Shown here piece by piece: positions 59,078 through 64,000 of a DNA stretch of 64,000 nt. Each line of letters starts with the position of its first letter. Positions within the stretch are counted from its first letter, which is position 1. A model generated the notes under the pieces. The model ran no database searches and had not been told where the DNA came from. It saw only the letters and a program-made list of their open reading frames with translations. Origin of the DNA: Hoeflea sp. (GTDB taxonomy: Bacteria > Pseudomonadota > Alphaproteobacteria > Rhizobiales > Rhizobiaceae); the NCBI RefSeq assembly GCF_043585085.1, contig NZ_CP121320.1; one strand, written 5' to 3'. The position numbers and the translations under genes are program-made.

Positions 59078-60078
59078 TGATGTTGAGATATATTGCATGG
59101 CGCTGCCTGGTGATGATCCCCACACTGCTGTTCATATCGATGCTGGTTTTTGCCATCATCGAGCTGCCGCCGGGGGATTATTTCGAAAGCTATGTGGCTG
59201 AACTTCGCGCCCTTGGTGAAGCCACCGATATGGCTGAAATCGAGGAATTGCGGGTCAGATATGGCTTCGATCAGCCCTTGCCGGTGCGCTACGTGCAATG
59301 GGTCGGCGGAATGCTGGTGGGTGATTTCGGCTACTCCTTCGAATACCGGCTGCCGGTCAATGAAGTCGTCGGGGACCGTCTCTGGCTGACGATACTGGTT
59401 TCCTTCGTCACCATTGTCGTGACCTGGCTGATCGCGTTTCCCATCGGCATCTACTCCGCAACCCACCAGTACAGCTGGGGCGACTACGGCTTGACCCTCG
59501 TTGGCCTGATCGGGCTGGCAATTCCAAATTTCATGATGGCATTGGTGATGATGTATTTCGCCAATGTGTGGTTTGGAACCTCCATTGGCGGTTTGATGGA
59601 CGAGGAGTATTTCAACCAGCCGATGTCTTGGGAGAAGTTCAAATCGATCATGGAACATCTGTGGATACCGGTGTTCATCATCGCGACCGCCGGCACTGCG
59701 GGAATGATCCGCCGGCTGCGCGCCAATCTGCTCGACGAGCTGGAAAAGCAATACGTCACCACGGCGCGTGCCAAAGGCCTTAGCCCGTTCCGGACACTGG
59801 TCAAATATCCGCTTCGCATGTCGCTCAACTTCTTCATATCCGACATCGGGTCCATTCTGCCTGCCATCATCTCCGGCGCTGAAATCACTGCAATCGTGCT
59901 GTCGCTGCAGACGACAGGACCGATGCTGATCCAGGCGCTGCAGAGCCAGGACATGTATCTGGCAGGATCGTTCCTGATGTTCCTGGCGTTTCTGACCGTT
60001 GTCGGCGTGCTGATCTCGGACATCGCTCTGGCCTATCTGGATCCGCGGATACGCCTTCAGGGAGGGAGCACAAAATGA
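59077..60078 (+). CDS. DppB/OppB-type permease
   Basis: ELPPGD, GDFGYSF and YVTTARAKGL EAA loop. Confidence 0.95.
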   Translation: MMLRYIAWRCLVMIPTLLFISMLVFAIIELPPGDYFESYVAELRALGEATDMAEIEELRVRYGFDQPLPVRYVQWVGGMLVGDFGYSFEYRLPVNEVVGDRLWLTILVSFVTIVVTWLIAFPIGIYSATHQYSWGDYGLTLVGLIGLAIPNFMMALVMMYFANVWFGTSIGGLMDEEYFNQPMSWEKFKSIMEHLWIPVFIIATAGTAGMIRRLRANLLDELEKQYVTTARAKGLSPFRTLVKYPLRMSLNFFISDIGSILPAIISGAEITAIVLSLQTTGPMLIQALQSQDMYLAGSFLMFLAFLTVVGVLISDIALAYLDPRIRLQGGSTK

Positions 60079-61250
60079 GCAGCCCGCTTCCCGCCTCCGG
60101 AGCTCCGCTTGAGCATTTTGTATCCACTGCTCCCTTCAATCCGGATTCCGTGGAGGAAATGACGGCCGATCAGCAGCGGGTCCATCAGGCCTCGCAGCTG
60201 CGTTTGATGTGGTGGAAGTTCAAGCGCCACAGGCTGGCATTGTTCTCCGCCATTTTCCTCGCGGTGCTTTACGGCATGATCGTGATTGCGGAGTTTCTTG
60301 CTCCCTACAATCTGCACACGCGCAACACGGACTTCATTCATGCCCCGCCGCAGGGTATTCACCTGTTCCACGAGGGCGAGTTTGTCGGGCCGTTCACCTA
60401 CGGGCGGACCATGTCGTTGGACATGGAAAACCTTCGCCGCGTCTACACCGACGACACATCCGACATCCAGAAGATCCGGTTCTTCTGCAGTGGCGATTCC
60501 TACCGGTTCTGGGGATTGATTGAGGGGAGTTTCCATCTCTTCTGCCCCGCGAAAGACGGAGAACTGTTCCTGCTTGGCACTGACCGGCTTGGCCGGGACA
60601 TGCTGTCGCGGATTCTCTACGGCGCACGCATCTCGCTGACCATCGGACTGTTGGGCATTGCCTTCAGCTTTGTGCTCGGAATCGTCATCGGCGGAATCGC
60701 CGGCTATTACGGCGGGAAGATCGATCTGGTCGTGCAGCGCGTCATCGAGGTGCTGCAATCCATTCCAAGCATTCCGCTATGGCTTGCGCTGGCAGCGATC
60801 ATGCCGGTGACATGGAGCCCGATCCTTGTCTATCTGGGCATCACCATTATCCTTGGCCTGCTGGACTGGACCGGGCTTGCGCGAGCCGTCCGATCAAAGC
60901 TCTTCGCACTGCGAGAGGAAGACTATGTGCTCGCCGCGCAATTGATGGGCGCGCGCGCCAAGCGCATCATCGGACGCCATCTGGTGCCTGGTTTCATGTC
61001 GCACCTGATCGCGACGGCGACGATCTCCATTCCGGGCATGATCCTCGGCGAAACCGCTTTGAGCTTCCTCGGGCTTGGCCTGAGGCCGCCGATCACCAGC
61101 TGGGGAATCCTGCTCACTGAAGCCCGCGATGTGAGTGCGATCGCATTCTATCCGTGGCTGTTGTTGCCGACGGTTCCGGTCATTCTGGTGATCCTGGCGT
61201 TCAACTTCATGGGCGACGGCATGCGGGATGCAGCAGACCCGTACAAGTAA
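60075..61250 (+). CDS. DppC/OppC-type permease
   Basis: LGTDRLGRDMLSR, EEDYVLAAQLMGA, LSFLGLG and DAADPY. Confidence 0.95.
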   Translation: MSSPLPASGAPLEHFVSTAPFNPDSVEEMTADQQRVHQASQLRLMWWKFKRHRLALFSAIFLAVLYGMIVIAEFLAPYNLHTRNTDFIHAPPQGIHLFHEGEFVGPFTYGRTMSLDMENLRRVYTDDTSDIQKIRFFCSGDSYRFWGLIEGSFHLFCPAKDGELFLLGTDRLGRDMLSRILYGARISLTIGLLGIAFSFVLGIVIGGIAGYYGGKIDLVVQRVIEVLQSIPSIPLWLALAAIMPVTWSPILVYLGITIILGLLDWTGLARAVRSKLFALREEDYVLAAQLMGARAKRIIGRHLVPGFMSHLIATATISIPGMILGETALSFLGLGLRPPITSWGILLTEARDVSAIAFYPWLLLPTVPVILVILAFNFMGDGMRDAADPYK

Positions 61251-61268
61251 GCCCATCCAAGACAGCGG

Positions 61269-62624
61269 TCAGATCCCGTAGGCGTAAACCTCCTGAACGC
61301 GGCCGAGATCCACAATTTTGCCGCTGGTGAGCTTTGGTTCGAATTTCGGATCAAAGCCGCTTTCCAGAGCCTTCTCGTAGGTCGCCTTGTCGATCACCGC
61401 CAGCGAGCCCAGGTCCTTGTTGTATTTTTCAAGCTTGGCGCAAAGATTGACCGCCGAACCGATAACCGTCATCTCGAGCCGGTGATCATCGCCGACGACA
61501 CCAAAGACGATCTTGCCAGACGAGAGGGCAATGCCAATGCCGCCTGACGCGAACCGGGCCAGCAGCGGATCGTCGCCCCAGGTCTTGAAATCCGCCAAAA
61601 TCTCCTCGACCGTACGCACCGCGCCGACCGTGAATTCCTCATCAACATGGGCGGCACCGAAACTGGCCAGAATGCCGTCGCCGAGAAACTTGTCGATGGA
61701 ACCGCCATTGCGCTGAATGATCGGTATAAGCCGTTTCTGATACTGGCCAAGCATGCTCATGACATCCGAAGGCTGCATCGCCTGGGCCGCCTTGGAGAAC
61801 CCGCGCAAGTCCACCATCAGAATGGCGGCGTTGCGGTTGACGCCCTCACCTGCTCGCAATTGAAGATCGGATTCGCGCAGTTCCTGCGCCACATCGGAAT
61901 CAAAGAAGCGGGAGAATGTCTGCGCCGCGTCGCGGTCGGACAAGGCGCGTTCAAGAATACCCTTAGCGCGGTGCAGCGACAGCGTAAGCGTTCCGGTCAC
62001 CAGCAGGATCAGAATGATCTTCTCAACTTCCGCGCCAATCAGCAGACTATTGGAGGTCAGGTAGGTGACATAGTCGCGCGTGATCATCATGTCCTTGGAA
62101 TCGCTGAACGCGACATAGCCAATCATCCCCACCCAGCCGATGATGGCAGCCAGACCGGCGACCAGGACAAAGCGGGGCTCGAAACGCAGCGTTCGCAAAC
62201 CAATGAAGATGAAGACATACATCAGGGTAGGCGATTTGAGATAGAACGAGGGCGGCTGCCCGTATTTAATGTGAAAACTCCAGATCAACGAATAAAGCAG
62301 CGCCATATCGAAAATGATCGACGCATAGACCGCCCAATCGGGAATTCTGGCGCGCGTGGCCCAGACCAAGCCGACAAGGGTGAGGCAGATGTAAAGCCCG
62401 ATCGCGAATGGCACCGTCCATTGCAGATCCGGATCGCCGCGTTTGGGCGACAGAAAGTAAAGCACGGCCATGACCGTGATGATGGCAAGCTGAATGAACT
62501 TGATCACCACCTCGCTGGTGTTGTCATGATCCGAAATGGCCTGAACAACACGCGCGGGCAGCCTTGCTGTCTGGCTTGCAGCCGGGAAAAGGCTCTGCCG
62601 CAGCACACTGATGGAATGTATCAT
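61269..62624 (-). CDS. Membrane-anchored class III adenylate/guanylate cyclase
   Basis: About six hydrophobic helices, then VDLRGFS, DKFLGDG, EMTVIG and VNLCAKLE; SD GAGGAG. Confidence 0.92.
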   Translation of the reverse strand: MIHSISVLRQSLFPAASQTARLPARVVQAISDHDNTSEVVIKFIQLAIITVMAVLYFLSPKRGDPDLQWTVPFAIGLYICLTLVGLVWATRARIPDWAVYASIIFDMALLYSLIWSFHIKYGQPPSFYLKSPTLMYVFIFIGLRTLRFEPRFVLVAGLAAIIGWVGMIGYVAFSDSKDMMITRDYVTYLTSNSLLIGAEVEKIILILLVTGTLTLSLHRAKGILERALSDRDAAQTFSRFFDSDVAQELRESDLQLRAGEGVNRNAAILMVDLRGFSKAAQAMQPSDVMSMLGQYQKRLIPIIQRNGGSIDKFLGDGILASFGAAHVDEEFTVGAVRTVEEILADFKTWGDDPLLARFASGGIGIALSSGKIVFGVVGDDHRLEMTVIGSAVNLCAKLEKYNKDLGSLAVIDKATYEKALESGFDPKFEPKLTSGKIVDLGRVQEVYAYGI

Positions 62625-62863
62625 CTTGCCAACTCCTCGCAGCGACCAATCCACGGGTTTCGATACCGTGATGCCTTGAAGCTTAACCTAGCACAACACT
62701 GCAGCAATCCTGGGCACAAATCGATTGTCTGCCGACCCCAATCACCGCCTTTTGAAGGTGGCGTTACTGTTGGCCATATCCGAACCCGAGTGGTGTTTAG
62801 GGGGACAGAAAACGGCTTACAGCGACCATTGTGGGGAGAATGAATGAGGATGTCGGGAAAATC

Positions 62864-62940
62864 TGGTCGGAGTGAGAGGATTCGAACCTCCGACCCCGTC
62901 GTCCCGAACGACGTGCGCTACCAGGCTGCGCTACACTCCG
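62864..62940 (-). tRNA. tRNA-Pro (CGG)
   Basis: 77-nt cloverleaf: CGGAGTG acceptor, CGTCG-TTCGGGA-CGACG anticodon arm, GGTTCGAATCC and encoded CCA. Confidence 0.98.
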
Positions 62941-63094
62941 TGACCAGCGGGCTGGCTTATAGACCGGTGACCGGCGCGCCACAAGCCCCCTTCCCTTCAA
63001 TTGCGGCCTCTGGCGGCAATGTTTTTCGCACATTGCCGCTTGCCTTTGGTTCGGACACCCCAACGGCTCGGCCGCCGACTGGCAAGGTGCGGTG

Positions 63095-63361
63095 TTATTG
63101 GCTGGCAGGTGGCTCGGATTGATCGCTCTCGGCGGACTTCGCCTCAGTCTCATCGGGCTTGGGTTCAGGTTCATCCGGGTGACCGGAAAGGAAAAACCCC
63201 CAGGCGACATAGGCGGTCAGGGCTCCGAAGAAGATACCCCATGCGTCCGAACCGGCGACGAACTCGAAGATCGTCCAGGCCGCCATCAGCGTAATGATGA
63301 CAACCCGCCGGGTCATGGGCTTGAAGAACGGGTGGCGAAAATCAACGAGTACCAGCCGCAT
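63095..63361 (-). CDS. Small two-TM membrane protein, DUF3329-like
   Basis: DFRHPFFKPMTRR followed by two hydrophobic helices; SD GAAGGA. Confidence 0.8.
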   Translation of the reverse strand: MRLVLVDFRHPFFKPMTRRVVIITLMAAWTIFEFVAGSDAWGIFFGALTAYVAWGFFLSGHPDEPEPKPDETEAKSAESDQSEPPASQ

Positions 63362-63579
63362 GGCATTTTCCTTCTGCATACGGGCGCCTTGATTTCAGAT
63401 GCTCGCAAGAGAGCAGCCCGGACGCGCCATTTCTTGCGGCCACATGACCCGATCGGCTGTGCCGGGTCAATCCTGCACTGTCAGGATCTGCATAAGACAG
63501 GCTTGACTGCATCCCGGCTTCAGACCATCCAAGGGTGGGAAGCCAGGTCTGCGGCAAACCTGAGCGGCGCAGGGATGCC

Positions 63580-63684
63580 TACAGCGTCCTTTGCGCATCC
63601 AACGGGATGCGCAAAGGACGCTGTAAGACTTTGAAATGATACATGTCCGTTATCACTCAATTGAATCCAATTGAGCGGGACATG
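63580..63684. repeat. Composite palindromic intergenic repeat, rhizobial type
   Basis: Perfect 21-bp inverted repeat (63580-63600/63605-63625) plus nested CATGTCC..CTCAATTG-AATC-CAATTGAG..GGACATG. Confidence 0.7.
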
Positions 63685-63719
63685 CATTGGTCTGGAATTG
63701 TGATCTTTGGTGGGAAAGC

Positions 63720-64000
63720 ATGGGTGCAAAGACGGATTTCGACGGGCTTGAAGTCGGCTATGACGTACCCGCCCTGCCCGGCATGAATGAGACCGAAATC
63801 CAGACACCCTGTCTGGTGCTCGATCTCGATGCACTGGAGCGCAACATCATCAAGATGGGCGAACAGGCAAGATCCATGGGCGTGCGGCACCGGGTGCACG
63901 GCAAGATGCACAAGTCCGTCGATGTGGCGAAGCTGCAAGAAAGGCTCGGCGGCGCGGTTGGAGTGTGCTGTCAGAAGGTGTCCGAAGCCGAAGCCTTTGC
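63720..64000 (+). CDS. bhcC: 3-hydroxy-D-aspartate aldolase-like PLP enzyme (3' truncated, not in the ORF track)
   Basis: MGAKTDFDGLEVGYDVPALPGM, IQTPCLVLDLDALERNI, HGKMHKS and GVCCQKVSEAE closely match recalled Paracoccus BhcC. Confidence 0.85.
   Translation, partial: MGAKTDFDGLEVGYDVPALPGMNETEIQTPCLVLDLDALERNIIKMGEQARSMGVRHRVHGKMHKSVDVAKLQERLGGAVGVCCQKVSEAEAF

Noticed and set aside
62864-62940. tRNA-Pro as the integration site of the 33-62 kb block
   Set aside because: No integrase, transposase or duplicated tRNA 3' end was seen by eye; a computational repeat and composition scan would be needed to revive this
1-64000. CRISPR arrays, IS elements, rRNA or prophage genes
   Set aside because: No regularly spaced direct repeats, transposase motifs, rRNA or phage signatures were noticed

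Overview
GC-rich alphaproteobacterial DNA, probably an aerobic anoxygenic phototroph of the Hyphomicrobiales (inferred from gene order and a rhizobial-type palindromic repeat). Bases 1-32.3 kb are part of a photosynthesis gene cluster: puhE(partial)-hemA-crtA-idi, converging on crtEF-bchCXYZ-pufQBALMC; crtDC; bchIDO-crtIB; dxs; a lone aerR/ppaA-like gene; NIPSNAP-ABM-MFS; pucBAC; and a divergent hypothetical gene. It carries four perfect tandem PpsR palindrome pairs, one near-consensus pair, and a further single site with a weaker partner. Unusual features include an LH2 alpha chain of 113 aa with Phe44/Leu45 (predicted blue shift), a 48-aa membrane ORF missing from the ORF track where tspO often lies, and a dual-coding crtD/crtC overlap. 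Bases 33.7-62.6 kb form the most interesting block. It interleaves a candidate cyclic-nucleotide module with uronic-acid glycan genes and a split Dpp/Opp-type importer. The module comprises two class III cyclases with non-canonical catalytic residues, a DUF3095 cyclase-like protein, a stand-alone cNMP-binding protein, two candidate phosphodiesterases and an ABC exporter-like protein whose ATPase motifs are all degenerate. The glycan genes are two NDP-sugar dehydrogenases, an epimerase, four glycosyltransferases, a deacetylase, two methyltransferase-like proteins and a lyase. The window ends with tRNA-Pro(CGG), a DUF3329-like gene, a palindromic repeat and the 5' part of a bhcC-like aldolase. 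All family calls come from motifs and recalled sequences; no database search was run.
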